DNA from: Azolla caroliniana
Taxonomy: Eukaryota; Plantae; Polypodiophyta
DNA length: 64,000 nt
Assembly: GCA_043228905.1 (NCBI GenBank)
Contig: JBHGNT010000018.1
Location: forward strand, 17,050,001 to 17,114,000
Direction: 5' to 3'
The notes below the pieces were generated by a model. The model had not been told where the DNA came from. It made no database searches and saw only the letters and a list, made by a program, of their open reading frames with translations. A program made the translations under genes and the position numbers. Of the stretch, positions 1 through 14,029 are shown piece after piece; the stretch's first letter is position 1; each line of letters begins with the position of its first letter.

Positions 1-1091
1 CAAGAGGCAATGTGACCATCGATCATACACACTATATTGAAACTCAAGCATCACCACTTCGACACAATTTCTATTTGATATCTCAATTTCTTTATTTCTT
101 ACACCGCACATGTAATAGGCTTGATATTTGAAAATTGAGTACTAGCATGAGGTGAGAGCAAACAAATTTGATCTTGATGGATTAGAGAATTTATTTTTTG
201 GTTGAATGATGTGATTTAGTAGATAATAAAGTGTAACAAAATTTGTATCTACTTGAGGAGCGCCATGGAATTTTCAGTTCAAAATTCCGATTTTGAATGG
301 AAATCTATGTGAAGAACTGTTATTTTCATAAGAGGCGAAACTCCCCAGACTACGAATTCCTAGCATGTCCATCACCATCACAAAAACACTTTGAGACGAT
401 CAAAATGAAATAGTTGGCGCATAAATTTGAGCTTTGGAGTATATATTATGCTAGAGTCCAACCCACTACCCTGAACCAGAAACTTGGGTGTTCCATCAAC
501 CAGACGAAACTTTCGTGGATTGAATCACCACCTACAATCCCATCCAACGAGGCTCCAGTTGTAGTAATGACGGAATCTTCTAAACCCTCTCCCACGAAAG
601 AAGAGAATGAGAGGTTAGGTGTTGCTCACTAATGAGCAACAAAGAAAGGAGACAAAGTTGTCATTGCACAATTCAACAATTGCTATGACACCAACAAAAT
701 AGCTAGTTTTGTGGTGGTTGTTGACATCATTGAGACTATTACTAACATTAATGTTTGACATTCAGGGTTCCCCCCACCCCCCACTTTCCCCTTTCACACT
801 CACTTCACGTAAGGACTTGCATGAACAAAGTGAACACCATTTTCCCTACATGTCCCCCAATATACCAATATACATTTACGATATAGACACGCTTAGACAT
901 CACATCGGCATAAAAATTTATATACTTGCACATCTCTACTTGAACTTACATACTAACACATACTTAAAACATTTACACAAACATAACACACATGTACAAG
1001 GTAAACACATGCATACTTATATAAGTAGACTTATACACTGAATTTGTCCATATATATACATATATATGCTCATATACACATTTCCAGGTAT

Positions 1092-1093
<2 letters not shown>

Positions 1094-1124
<31 letters not shown>
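1094..1124. repeat. (AT)n microsatellite
   Basis: Uninterrupted AT dinucleotide run. Confidence 0.95.
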
Positions 1125-1128
<4 letters not shown>

Positions 1129-2596
1129 CATTGCATGTATGCATACATCCTTGCCCATTAACATGCATATAAACATATACACACTCATATAAGACAAAAT
1201 TACGTGTAAGTACTTTTATATACTTAGACATTCTAAAACCCACCTCTATATTGAAGCACTTGTGTACTTTCATTTGTACATAAAATCACATGCACGCACA
1301 AGCGCACACACATACAATTATGTTATCAAAGTCTATCAATGGTATCTAAAGGAACTTGAAAGGCATTACAATCCATTGTTGCAAGGGTTCCCAAGTCATC
1401 AACTTGTGCAAACCCCATCTTTCATGGTTCACGTTGCCGATGGTCCTACTCACATTTCACAAGCAAGAATGTAAGATCGCAACCACAATAAGGTTGACAT
1501 TTGACATTCACTTCACTTGTGGACATATCAATTTTTGAAAACACACATCATAGTATGACTTCTCCTCCATTCAGAATTGGCAACAAGAGCATGCGTTCAT
1601 GAGATTTCTTAAACACAATTCAAAGTAATTTGTCAAGTGGTCTATCCATGAAGAAATAGAGGAGAGATGATAACCATAGGATCTAGCCAATTTTGTGGTT
1701 TTGAAGTGAATATGTGGTTGGCCAAATGATATTTGCATAGATGTGTATGTACCAAATTTAGTGGCAAATGTTGTCTTGTGTTGGCTCTTCGGTGCCATTA
1801 TGTTCTTTCTAGCTATTGCGAGAGAAGGCCAATAGATTTGTATGCTCTTTTGCCAATAATCCTCTGCAATGGGCCTTCAATATACCAAACTAGGTAGTCA
1901 TATTTGACGATGGCTTTTTTATGATATGGAAATCCACACACATTTGTAATTGAGAAACTTGTGGTGTGATGATCCTATGTGATCAACGATAGACTTTGAT
2001 ACTTAATCTTGAATGGATTATTGTTGCAATATAACGTTAAACATTTCAAAAACTTCAATGCTAAATGTGATGTTTAGTGAGACACATAAATCTCGCATTT
2101 TTTAACGACGGGAATAACATAAGGTTCAATGATGTGATGCAAACCAAATTAGGATCTTTGAGGCATTGGCAATGTGAAAGTGTTTAAATTGTTAGACGAA
2201 AAAGAAATCGATGATTTTCCAAGTCTAGTTGAGAAGTATGGGAGTGGAAGAGGAATAGCTCCGGCGGAACATACGGCGCACTAGAGGTGATACAGACGAG
2301 GAGGTTCTGTGTCAAGAAGGCAAGGCTTTCACAAAGTTGTGCGGGATGATGAGTCCACACCTTTGTGGTCGATGAGTAATTGTATGGATGGATGCTAAAG
2401 GTGTTAAGTCTTGTATGTATTGCATAGTAAAATAGTTTAACGAAGTAGGGAGACTAATGGCCGGCCAAAGGATGGACAGAAGGCGAGGAGGCCAAAAGAA
2501 TGAAGGAAAAGAAGAAGACGGGGGAGTTGGGCCATCCGTTTGAACGAACGGGCACTCTCCATCCCATTCCATTGGCTCTCCTCCTTAAAAACGCCT

Positions 2597-2707
2597 CACG
2601 TGACACACCCACACACCACTCCAGTTTCCGCTCTTTCTCTCTCTCTCTCTCTCTGTGCGAGAGTGCCCGGTGTCAGTCACGTGACGCCGCCTCCACCGAC
2701 TCACGTG
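2597..2707 (+). promoter_or_regulatory. Cluster of three G-box (CACGTG) motifs just upstream of the FLA start codon
   Basis: CACGTG at 2597-2602, 2678-2683 (inside the palindrome GTCACGTGAC) and 2702-2707, with a (CT)n tract between the first two. Function is inferred. Confidence 0.5.
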
Positions 2708-2715
2708 CCTGCCAT

Positions 2716-3849
2716 ATGGCCTCCCAACTCCACAGCCTTCTCCTCCTCCTCCTCCTCCTCCTCTTCCTCACGCTTGGCATCATGGCCGGCGTGAACGCGT
2801 CTTCACCTAAAACCGCCACAGCCAGCCCCCTGCCTCAGGCCCTGCTGGCCGAGGTGGCGCACGCTCTGCAGGCCGGCGGCGGCGGCGGATCTGGACGTGT
2901 TAACAGCTACCTCGCCGCCTCTCTTCTCCTGCCGCATTACCTCCGCCCCCTAACCCGCCCTCGCATAACCCTCCTCCTCCCCAGCGACGCCGTCCTCTTC
3001 CTCCAGCCTTCCGCCATGCCTCTCCTCTCCGCCATGCCTACCTCCCAGCTCCGCTCCCTCGCCCGCTTCCACATGCTCCCCACCAACCTCACCTTCGCCG
3101 ACCTCTCCACCCTCCCCAAAGCCACCCTCCTCCCCACCCTCCTTGGCGACGCCTACCGCCTCCGCATAGACAGTGCCGGCGGCGGCGGCGGCGGCGGCGG
3201 CGCTTCTTCTTCTTCTTCTTCCTCCGCTGCTGCTGCTGCCAATTTCCTGATCGAAGGCGCTCACATCATCCACCCCGACATTTGCCCGCCTTCGCTCTCC
3301 CACATCGTCACGTGCCACGGCATCGACCGCCTCCTCCTTGCCTCCTCCTCCACCGATGCCCCTGCCTCCTCCGCCCCTAGTATCAATGAGCTCCCACCAC
3401 CGGCTCCGGCTCCGGCTCCGGCTCCTGGCTCCTCTGCCAGTCCAGCGGATATCCATACCGATGGCGGCATTCTCCAACTGTCTTCTCCAACTCCTGCACC
3501 GCCAGTGCAAGATCAGCCCACCAATCCTTCCTCCGCCATAACTGCTCCCCATCATCTCATGGATGCCTACCCTGTAGCTCCTAATGGCACCTCTTCCGCT
3601 ACCCCTCCTCCCTCCACGCACAGCACTAACAACACTACCACTAGTACTTCCTTGCCTTCGGCAACGACAGCCTCCATTGTAGGCAATGCCAATGACACCG
3701 GCTTCCTCGCCTTCAGCCCTGCACCCCACCCACATAACGCCACCTCCTCTTCCTATTCTGCTCCCCGGCCTCCTCCTCTCCCCTTCATGTTCCTCACCCT
3801 AGCACTCCTGCTCCTTGTTGCAGGAGGAGTCGGGGGCCACATGCTATGA
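2716..3849 (+). CDS. Fasciclin-like arabinogalactan protein (single FAS1 domain, signal peptide, probable GPI signal), intronless
   Basis: Within ORF 2500-3849, ATG 2716 starts a signal-peptide-like [24 protein letters not shown]1 motifs: H1-like ITLLLPSDAVL, [YF]H-like RFHMLP, TLLPTLL and H2-like CHGIDRLL. These are followed by PAPAPAP/SP/TP glycomodules and a hydrophobic C-terminal tail. Confidence 0.85.
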   Translation: MASQLHSLLLLLLLLLFLTLGIMAGVNASSPKTATASPLPQALLAEVAHALQAGGGGGSGRVNSYLAASLLLPHYLRPLTRPRITLLLPSDAVLFLQPSAMPLLSAMPTSQLRSLARFHMLPTNLTFADLSTLPKATLLPTLLGDAYRLRIDSAGGGGGGGGASSSSSSSAAAAANFLIEGAHIIHPDICPPSLSHIVTCHGIDRLLLASSSTDAPASSAPSINELPPPAPAPAPAPGSSASPADIHTDGGILQLSSPTPAPPVQDQPTNPSSAITAPHHLMDAYPVAPNGTSSATPPPSTHSTNNTTTSTSLPSATTASIVGNANDTGFLAFSPAPHPHNATSSSYSAPRPPPLPFMFLTLALLLLVAGGVGGHML

Positions 3850-4049
3850 ATCCTATCCTAATTTAAAGTCTAATATGACCCTAATGTTCCATCATGATAA
3901 AGCCTCTCATAATAATTCTCTCCTGCCAGCTCCATCCCAATCATCAGGGTTTTGTTTCCAAGTGTTTATATGGAAAGAGTACACCTTCAATGTAATTAAA
4001 CAGGGAAATGATTGATTGCCTTCTCATCTTATTTTCAACTTCAGTTCAA

Positions 4050-4070
4050 TGTGTGTGTGTGTGTGTGTGT
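4050..4070. repeat. (TG)n microsatellite
   Basis: Direct sequence. Confidence 0.9.
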
Positions 4071-4849
4071 AAGTGTCTAGTGTAATATGAGATGGATTTT
4101 GGTGAGCTACTTATGACTGAAAACCAAAAATAGGCATGTAGCAAGTCTTTGATTCCCTAGTAGTTGCGGTAATGATGACATGATCTCGATACATTCATGG
4201 ATTCATTCGTCACATCGTTATCGCCCAATGTGGAATCGAAACCTACCTACACGACGGTGTGAGTGGGATGCATATGTATTACGGATCGCGGAACTTATTA
4301 TTGTCGGGATACCTCCCCACACATGCACCACCAACCTCACTTTTGCCAGTCTTGTTTGATGTTCTCCCAAGTGTGGGATATGAAGAGATATTAATCTCTG
4401 CAATGGATGATCTTATATAACGAAGAAGTATGAGTAGGCTATGGAGGATCATAATTGTCAATCACTGTAAAATTTATGACCTTCATGAATCAGATACGTG
4501 ACACAATGTGGTAAGGTTAAGAGAAGATGGTGTTTTGTGTTTCAATGCTCAAGAAATTGTGAAGAAATATGTGGAATATTATACACAATTGTTAGATGTA
4601 GAAGTGTTATTGATGATAATGTTAAAAAGGAAAAATATGTTTTTTTAAAAGGGGTCAAAAATCATGTATCACATGATGTGATACAATCATCATCAATGTT
4701 AATATTTCTGAGTCTTCGGTGAGATGGACGAACAAATTAACTCTTTATTAAATATGTAATTAAATTGAAGGGGACTTTTACGATCTTATTTTAGAAGGTG
4801 TGAAAATAAGGGAAAACGACTCATACTCAGGAGATTGATTTAATACATT

Positions 4850-6200
4850 CTTAGCAAATTGATTTGATAAAACTTTTGTTGAATGTGCCTTCTCCATCTT
4901 CCTTTGCTCATTGGAGGCCTATTTCATTGATGGAGGGAATGTAAAAGATTTTTAGAAAAGTGATGGCCAATAGATTACATAAAGTTTCTATTATTCACAA
5001 TGCTCAATTATATGGGTTCTTGGAAAAAAGAGATATTTTACATAATATTCTTAGAGATGTTGAATGAGAATTGACTATGCAAAGGATTTTAAACAAGAAT
5101 TATAGTTTTGATACAATTGGATCTTGAGAAGAGATATGATAATGTGGATTGGTTATTTATAAATTAGTTGATGTCTCATATGGGTTTTAATGATCACATG
5201 TCTAAGTTGATAGACACATTAGGGGAGGGTCCTTTTTCACATATGATGTTTAATGGACTATTTGCCCAACCTATTTCTATTCGAAGATCAATTAAACATA
5301 GATATTAGGTTAACCCTTTACTACTCACTATTGTGACACGTCCTATTCTTATTAAATTAATACACAATATGGACACAGAGGAAGAATTGCTTGGACTAAG
5401 GTGGCCATCAAGGAAGCCATGTATACAAGCCCTTACAATTGACCATATCATGTTTTTGGCACCTAATCATGAAAATATTAGTAAGAAAAGAGATGTATGG
5501 GAAATTTTTTCAAATGCTTTAAGATTAAGACTTAATATGCATAAAATTGTCCCATTTCATTTATAAAACAAGATGTGTTGGCGGTGGGGTGGTCAGGAAG
5601 GATAGTACATCGTGTTATGATTTGTCATCACCTTGTATATCCAATTGAGGTGGTAATCTCTCGTATGAAACTTATTGAGTGGGTACCTAAAAAAATGGAG
5701 GATAAGTTTATATATTGTAAGTCTCAATTCTAGCCTTTTCATGTATAACTTAAGTGGTCCAATCGATTATAGTTCCTATGGTATCTTATTGTTTGGCTTT
5801 TCTTCCAAGGTTGAAGAAAGATCTTGAAATGGTGTCACACTAAATGTGGATGTTGTTATGGCAGAGAAAAGGAAAACGTACCATGTCGTGGTTGGCATAG
5901 GATCACGTTCGTACTCTAAAGCATCTAGGTGGGGCATCAATATTTAATTTGTATGAGCATATGGTAGTTCGTCAATTCACCTTCATTTCATTTATGTTTG
6001 AGGGTGTACAACCTTTGGATAGAAATAGGCATACTTTAGACAAGAATTAAGGTTGGAAACATAACGATTGAAGCTAATTTGTGAAATATCATTAATTTTG
6101 AAAAGCATGTCAAATGTGGAAGGTCTTTGATAATTAACCATTTGTTGAAATCTTGTCAAAGAATGTTGGATTTAGGGGAGGCAAATAGCCCATTCCTATT
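4850..6200 (+). mobile_element. Highly degraded LINE reverse-transcriptase remnant
   Basis: 5120 onward translates DLEKRYDNVDWLFI (the DxxKAYDxVxWxF motif of non-LTR RTs), followed by MGF, FNG and ISIRRSIK segments. Many stops and frameshifts; boundaries approximate. Confidence 0.65.
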
Positions 6201-6399
6201 AAAAAAGCTATACTTATCACAAGTTGATTGGCAAACCTAAGTAGATCATATACGAAGAGTTATAAAGATACGGGGTTTCCTAAGCCCATTACCTAGTGGT
6301 TTCATGTGATGATGACATGTTAGTGTTCTTGATTGATGCTACAATTTGAGGTATTCATTAGGAGAGTTATGGTTGGATCTTTATCATTGTCGGATGCAT

Positions 6400-8220
6400 T
6401 AAACAAAAGAAACTTAGCTGGTCCCAAGTTCTTCATAACAAAAGACTTGCTAAGCTCTCTCTTAAACTTTTTAATATTGTTGGTATCTTGACCGACAATC
6501 AACATATCATCTACATATAAAAATTATTGTAGAATGATGAGATCACCATTAGAGAATGTCTTAAAGAACACTCAGTGATCTAAGATCGTCATGTTATACT
6601 TGACATGATCTTTTCATGTGACTTCGAACCCCTAAGGTTGTTCCATGTAAATTTCTTCATCCAAATCACCATGACAGAAGGTGGTATTCACATCAAGTTG
6701 TTCAATTTCTAGATTTAAACTAGGTACAATCCCAAGTACAACTTTGATTAAAGATATCTTCACCACTAGTGAGAAACTCTCCTCAAAATCAGCACCTTGA
6801 ATTTCCAATGTGCCTTCACCACCAATCCAACCTTTGTATCTTGGTTGATTTTGTAATGTCCCTCAATTTTGAGCGTGTAAACCTATTTGTTATTCAACGC
6901 TCTCTTGCCCTTACGAGCTTTACCAAGTCATAGGTCATAGATCTGATTATGTTTAAAGGACTTCATATCATCAATCATGGCCTCAAACAATTTCTCTCTC
7001 TAATAATACGTGATCATAGCTTATCTAAAGCTCTATGGCTCTCCCCCATTTGTGAGCATAAAAAATTCATGTGGACTACATCTAGTAGAAGGTTTCCTTT
7101 GTCTCATGAACCTTTTAACCTCTTCTTCTTGCTATGGAGCTACAAGAATGTCATCAATCTAATCATGTGGAATCATGGTTTTGCTCATCCTCAAAATCAT
7201 CAACTACATCATAAACTACATGCACCATCATACTCTTCCACATTTCCCCCATCACCCTGAATTTCCAAGGGAGAAGTTGAATATGTGGTGACTAAAAAAT
7301 CATGAGTTAAATTTGGTATTTTACTCAACTCTGGACCTTGTAAAGTGTGATCCTCAAAGAATAATACATGTCTACTTCTAATTTCACCTTTTGATTCACT
7401 AGGTCATATAATTTATAGCCAAATTCTTCATGACCATATCCCAAGAAGGTACATGGTTTGCACTAGTCATCAACCTTAGACCTTTCATCTTTTGGGATGT
7501 GAACATAAGCCCTACAAAAAGTGCTTGTATGATACATATTTCCTTCTCCAAATTCTCTCTAGAACATCACTATATAATGGAGCTAACAAAGATAAGTTTA
7601 TAAGATGAATTGTAGCCCTCATTGCTTCACCCCAAAAGGGTCTAGGCAATTTAGAGGGAGAGAACATACACCTTATCCACTCACAAACTATTCTATTCAT
7701 TCTTTCATCCACACCATTGTGTTAGAGGTGTTTCGGGAACAGTTCTCACAAGCCTAATAACATGATCATGACAATAATGCTCAAGTAGAACATTTTTCCT
7801 TGTTGGAACCTTTACTCCTTTTTACTCATGTTGTCAAGTCTCTTTTGCCATAGCTCGATGGAGATATTCTTGTCAACTACATTTACCTCTCCACTAGACA
7901 CCATAGCATGCATAAGGTATAAATAATTCTATTTCTAACATTTTGCAATGATTAGAGAGCCTTTGGTGAGCTTCCATCTTCCTTCATTAAAGTAATTTGA
8001 ATTACCATCATCATCAAGATTATATGCAGAAATGATATTTAGCCAAATATCTGAAGCATGTCTAACATCCTTCAATACAAGTTTACAACCTATGTCTATC
8101 ACCAAAATGACATGCCTATACAACCTAGTTGGCCATTTTGAGTCTACAAAAGTTACCACTAGCATGTGAGGTAACACAAGCATCATCACAAATAATGATA
8201 ATTTCACCGTCACTATGATG
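6400..8220 (-). mobile_element. Degraded Ty1/copia (Tnt1/Tork-like) internal remnant
   Basis: Minus strand gives LYVDDMLIVGQD...SFVMKNLGPAK (RT), ERMNRIVCEWIRCM..KLPRPFWGEAM (integrase) and GCKLVLKDVRH..LNIISA...WKLTKGSLIIAK (post-protease). Part of the integrase core is missing. Confidence 0.85.
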
Positions 8221-9592
8221 TAGCACTAAGAAGAAGGTAGTAAGGTTTACCTCTATACGTGAGTAGTGCGCGAGATTGATGGAGAAGATGAGTCTTTCAT
8301 AGATCACAGAAGGAGGGATTCGGTACAGGTAGAGATCAATGTTGTCTCAAGCTTCCTCACTTTCTATCTCTCTATGTCTTTTGTGTTTTGATCTCTCACT
8401 CACACATATACACATTGTTTTTGTTACTATTTTTATTATTTTCAGCTTTTGGTTTCGTTTTCAGTTTTTTGTTTTTTCTATGCTACTATACTACTAGGTA
8501 GTGGGATATAAAGAGTAAGTAAAATATACTGCTGAAATTGTACAAAAAGCCCCTACCTTCTTTCTTTTTTTTTCTAAAATAAAAAACTCCTTCCATTAGT
8601 TATAGAAAAGCCCCTACCTTTTACTTATTACCTTTATAGTTATGGAAAAATGCGGAGAGGTACAAACTATTGAATAATCGAACTTGCTATAGGTATACTT
8701 GAACTAAAACAAGACTCTAGGATCATACTTTTTTCCTAGGAAAAACAATTGCACCAACATAATATAGCACTAATTACCTTTTGGACGAACCTAATCATAA
8801 TTCCACTTGATTTAATCAATCACACACAATATATACAATGGCGACTTGGCATTCTTCGATGATAAAGCCTAAAGGAATACCAAATATAATATGTATCACA
8901 AATGACTAATGACATAGTATATTTGATGTGGATCGATTGGAAAGAGCGCATAGCATGCTTGTGCCATTGGGTAACTAATAGATCTACCTAATAATGAACA
9001 GTAGATTGTACTCTTGATGGGCTTAACAACTTCATGTTATATAAGCAACTGTTGATTCCCCATTAACTAGCATTTTAGAAATTGAAATACATACAACATA
9101 CCAACATAGTGATTTGTTGTTCGGTAATGAGAGTTAAAGAAAAGAAAAGAAACGGAAGCATGAAGTTATTTTGAATAAAGAGTGCAAACACATTTCATTC
9201 ATTCGAGTAATCGACACATGAAAGCTAAGACGATAAGAATGAATTGGATGCTAGAAAACTGTGTTGCGACACGATGCTTTAGAAGGAATCACATCGAAGA
9301 AGTGTCAAGACTAATTTTACTAAATAGCATTGAATTTAGAGATGTGGATCATGGGTTGGATAACTTTACAAATTGGTGGTGTTGGAAGTTAGAAGCAAAA
9401 GGGTTAAAAGAAAAAGAGAGGAGATAAATTTAACTAAGAAGAGGTCGTAGAATTTGAGAGACATTTGGAGCTGTAGAGTGATTAGTAGTTGGGCACATAA
9501 TTTACTTGAATTAGAAATGCTTGAAAAAACTAAGCTTAATATTTGCACTATAATTAGTTGCTAATCAAGGTAAGCAGCTTAAAAAGAATGAT

Positions 9593-10552
9593 TTAGGTGT
9601 AATTGGATGGGCGATTCGGGGCGCCTCCTACATAGCTAACATGATCAAACATGTTTTGGTGATTGGAGAGCTGGAGGTTGGGCAGCACATTGTAGAGGGC
9701 CATGGCGTTGTTCCCTAAGTTAATGCTGTTAATAATCGCGCCCGAATTGGTCCCGGCCGACGAATCGAGTACGGTTGTGGCCGTGGGCGTGGATTGCGGG
9801 GCACCAATGGCTAGCACGGCCGTGGCGGTCGTGCCCGCCACACATTGGTCCATGCTGTTGGGTTCGTCCACGTGGATTAGGGGCAGGCGTTCATATGAGG
9901 CACTTAAGAAAGAGGCCGCCATTATAACTACGGGCCCCGATGCGAGCAATGCCCCCACGACATTTCCCCCCACCACTTGACCCTGCCCGCCCGCGAGGTA
10001 GATGGTCAAGCCCGTAGTGCCCGACGGGCTGGGCTGCGGGAGGAACGAGCCCGAGAGGGACAATATCTCGAACCGTCCGTGCAGCGTCACGGTGGCCCCC
10101 GGGGCTGCGGGTTGCCGGAGCGTGACATTCGTCACGGTCCCGCTCCCGCTTAGCACGCACACCCCGCGTTGGCGCCGGCGTGCAAAGTCCGCCACGCTCT
10201 CGCTCACATCGGACCCGTTTGCTACCTCCAACATGTGGGTCCGTAGCGCATTCGCACTGTCCCGCGTTATGATGATGGGGGGCTTGGGCTTGTTTTTGGA
10301 CCCGGGCGGCCGGCCCCGCGGACGCCGCGGCGCCTCCATGCCGCCACCTACACCATCCCCACCCGTCGTGGTCAATGCCAAGCGGTTCGCGTCGTTATTA
10401 TGGCTGTTGTTGTTATTGTTGTTGTTGGTAGCAGTAATGGATGTACGGTTCATGTTGTTAATCGCGAGATCACTGCTTCCACTGTGTTCTTCGTCGGACA
10501 CTGTGCCCACCACATTACCGCCCATCGCGGCATTACCACCTAATGACCGCAT
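9593..10552 (-). CDS. AHL: AT-hook motif nuclear-localized protein, clade A (type-I AT-hook plus PPC/DUF296), intronless
   Basis: [26 protein letters not shown]-hook. PPC domain LRTHMLEV...[26 protein letters not shown]...[16 protein letters not shown]...[11 protein letters not shown]...YERLP. Exact start codon uncertain. Confidence 0.95.
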   Translation of the reverse strand: MRSLGGNAAMGGNVVGTVSDEEHSGSSDLAINNMNRTSITATNNNNNNNSHNNDANRLALTTTGGDGVGGGMEAPRRPRGRPPGSKNKPKPPIIITRDSANALRTHMLEVANGSDVSESVADFARRRQRGVCVLSGSGTVTNVTLRQPAAPGATVTLHGRFEILSLSGSFLPQPSPSGTTGLTIYLAGGQGQVVGGNVVGALLASGPVVIMAASFLSASYERLPLIHVDEPNSMDQCVAGTTATAVLAIGAPQSTPTATTVLDSSAGTNSGAIINSINLGNNAMALYNVLPNLQLSNHQNMFDHVSYVGGAPNRPSNYT

Positions 10553-13500
10553 GTCCGGCCTAAATTCTCCTAGGACACCGAAATGCCACTAAATGCAATT
10601 ATTACATACTCAATGAATAATCATTCAACACGCTAAGATTTTAAAAACAACAAATCCTTGGTTATACATGTTTATAAATCTTAATGATTCAAGTTGAATA
10701 TGTATTGACAGTCATTCAATGCAAGAGTGTAACTCATTGATCTAAACTTTAATGAGTAAATATAGATGCAAAGATAGATAGATTTTTAGTTTGAATACTC
10801 ACCCAATGTTCTTCTTAATATGGAGCACTGATTAAGCTAGTGATTAGGAAAGACAATATACTGTGAGAGAGGACTTGGGGCTTAGCCTTTCCTTCACACT
10901 ATAGATTAGTTTTCATTAATGATTTGTCATGACTGAATATATATCTTGTTGTAATATGACGGGCAAAACAAATTTTATGTGGTTCTCTCTCTCTCTCTCT
11001 TGTTTGTTGCAATTCATGCCACCTCAGAGTAGCTAATGCTTATAAGTTAATGTTTACTTCTATAATGTAATGTGGATTTCTCTTGTGTCACTTTTGTAAC
11101 CTTGAAATACAATGACCTAATCCTAACCCTAGACTTCTTGTCCAAGAAAAAATGCAAAGAACAACCCTTTCTTTGTAAAGAGGAGTAGGGCATCATTGCC
11201 AATAAATATCCTAATGTAAATAAGAGGTGACCCTCTTGGAAAACCATTTGAAAGGCTCTTGTGACTTGCTAACTACAAAACTATCAATAGAATCTAAAGA
11301 GTTGTGAGGTGGTAGCATATAAATCTTTATGTAAGCGTTCAAGAATAAATTGAATTAACACTCTTGTTGCTTGCAAGAAGAAGGTGCCCAAGAGAATAAT
11401 AGAGGTGAAACCATTTAGTAAATGTGATTTACAAACACATAATAATAATAAAAAGCTGACATAACTCCAATTGCATATTAAGCTACATAAGATTGTGTGC
11501 ATGTATGTGTGTGCATGCACGTGAGTGCGTGACATATATTTAGAAATAGACATCGTGATGGAACAATAGTATAGTTAGTTTAAAACCCCGACAAAGGTTA
11601 TATATTGATAAGAGATTGTCGATAAGTTTTCCAGGAGATGTGAAAGTGAAACTACAAGTTAAGATACATGATATTGTGTGCATGTGTGTGTGCGTGAGAA
11701 TGCCCCATATATTGTACATACTACAAATGTAAGTGTAGATGTGCACACAAAGAGGGATAAGGTTGTGTCTATGTGTTTGTTCTAATAAAGGGTGAGACTC
11801 TCAAAAACCGATGAAATGAGAGGGGAACATAGAAGCGACACCTCAAATTTTAGATAGTAATCCACTTTGAGAATTTGAAAATGAAGTCCCATGAGATGAA
11901 TGGATAGCTCTAGAAAAACTTAATTAAACAAGCTTAAATTCCTAGGACATCACATATGTGTGGTATTATCATCCCTGTAATCATATAAATCTTTGATTTT
12001 TTTTAAAGAAAAACAATTGAGAATAATATAAAGTTATTGGTTGTTTTGCATAATTGTAGCGCATAAAAGTGCTTTGCAATAGGAAATGAATAATGTTCAA
12101 TACATTATTTTGCCTTCGAGCAAATATTCTACGAAGCCAAATGTTGTAATTCCATGATTGTTAACATTCAATCACTTCACCAATAATAAGATTATTAAAT
12201 AATAACTCGTATATGCAAGACATGAATTAGTATGTAATGTATCCACACTAAATGGAAATCTTACACGCAATTTAGAAACATGTGTGTAAATGCAACCCTA
12301 CTACATAATATTATAACTCATGATTTAGTATCCATGACATATTAAAATAAGAATTTACCCATAAATTGGTATCAGAGAAAGGAATAGGTGAAGGAAGGTA
12401 ACAAAGTGAAACGTTGAAGCATGGCATCTTTCACCCTAATCATTGGTATTGGGCACAATAAGGAAAGGAACACTTGTGTTGGCTATTTGGATGTGTGCCA
12501 TGTAAGTCCTATGTTATGAAGAACCCAATTATGGAGTGCATGGCATTCATTATACGAGAAGCATTAATTATTCAAGGTGCAAGCAATGATTGCCCATCGT
12601 TATAGATGGTGAGAAGAACCTTGCACGTATAGAGGAAAGAGCTACCTTCATGACTCCAATTTATGTCGTTGGCATGAAACAAGGTGGATTACCACTATTC
12701 AAGATCTCCATTACAACCCTCAAATGACTAACAACCACAATGTACTCCTCACCTTGTAGTGCGGGACCGTAATGGATGGTATTTTACGATGGTAACTCCA
12801 TTTCAACCACAAATATATGCCTCACAACACATGCTTGTAAATATTTGAACATCACTCCAAGCTTGATAACAACCATGGCTCCTATGTTACTATTGGCAAA
12901 AATCAACGCATCTTGTGACCTCACCCTTTCTTCTTGCATGGGGCTTGTCTCTTGGTCAAGGCAATAGCTAATAATTTTCCTCATGTTGGGTTTTGCAAGG
13001 TTTACCAAGCAAACACCCTATTGCTAGAAAAGTTAGCATCAATGGGTGTCAACCACCACCAAGGGTATCCATGGTACCTAGGCATTCTCTTACTAACAAA
13101 TTCTCACATGATCTCTCATACATTTAATCTTTATGGAAAAGTTAAATTATTACCATATACTTTAATGGCTTGAGAATGCACTTAATAATCACTTAATCAA
13201 AGGAAAGATGAGAGACAAAAACGTGAACAAAATATGCATCATTCCTTGATCACAAACCACTTACAAGATCGTGTTTAGGCTTAAGGCTCAAAAAAGTAAT
13301 TAAGAGAAAGAGGGAATGATATTTCATGATAGAAAAAAAAGAGAATTGAAGAAAATAATTATAATTTAGAATTTAGTTGTTGTACTTCATTTACAAAAGG
13401 TATTACAAATTTTTAATAATTGCCCTTTCATATATTTCTTTTGCTCTAAATGTTTCTACATCTCTTTTTTTGTATCATCCTCATGCTCCTCATCAAAGGA

Positions 13501-14029
13501 GTGCACCCAATAAAGTGCACACTTTTGCATGTACCAAGTATGTAGTGAAGGTTTTAGTTATAGTCCATAGGTTCGACTGAGTTTACAAGGGCGTGAGGCT
13601 TGGAGATGGGAGACCATGTAGAAGGGGAAAAGAGGGTAGTGTAGGATGCGGTGGGTTGGGAGTACATGGCACTTATTCATGGTTGGTGTGACTTGGGGTG
13701 GTGTGCATGGTAGATGCAAGCGAGGGAAAGTGGTAAAACGTGTGAACTTTGTGAGTGTTTAAAGATGTGAGGAAGTTTTCAACATTGGTTGCTTATGGGA
13801 GTGAAAGCATTTGATGCCCACCATCACATTGAAATCACACATGTAAGTCACTAACTATATTTGCGCCCAACATTAGAGATTGTCAAATTGCAACGGAATG
13901 GGTCATATCTTGACATTAAAAGTGAGCCCCAAAAAGGGTGCATGAAGTCATAGTACATGGGGGCATAAAAAGTTCACATGACGGATACAACAACTTCAGT
14001 TGGCATTGGTGGCATTGCAACAACATTCG

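Noticed and set aside
1-2300. Possible decayed retroelement integrase/LTR sequence
   Set aside because: Only faint motif hints, too degraded to call.
2500-2715. 72-codon N-terminal extension of the FLA ORF
   Set aside because: It runs through a (CT)n tract and G-boxes, and the signal peptide begins at ATG 2716.
2950-3735. 261-aa antisense ORF over the FLA gene, and the 196-aa ORF 10002-10592 antisense to AHL
   Set aside because: Shadow ORFs of GC-rich coding sequence with no recognisable motifs.
12367-13300. TGGTATCAGAG PBS-like motif followed by a possible decayed internal region
   Set aside because: No paired LTR or clear protein motif could be traced; probably an old retroelement but not supportable.
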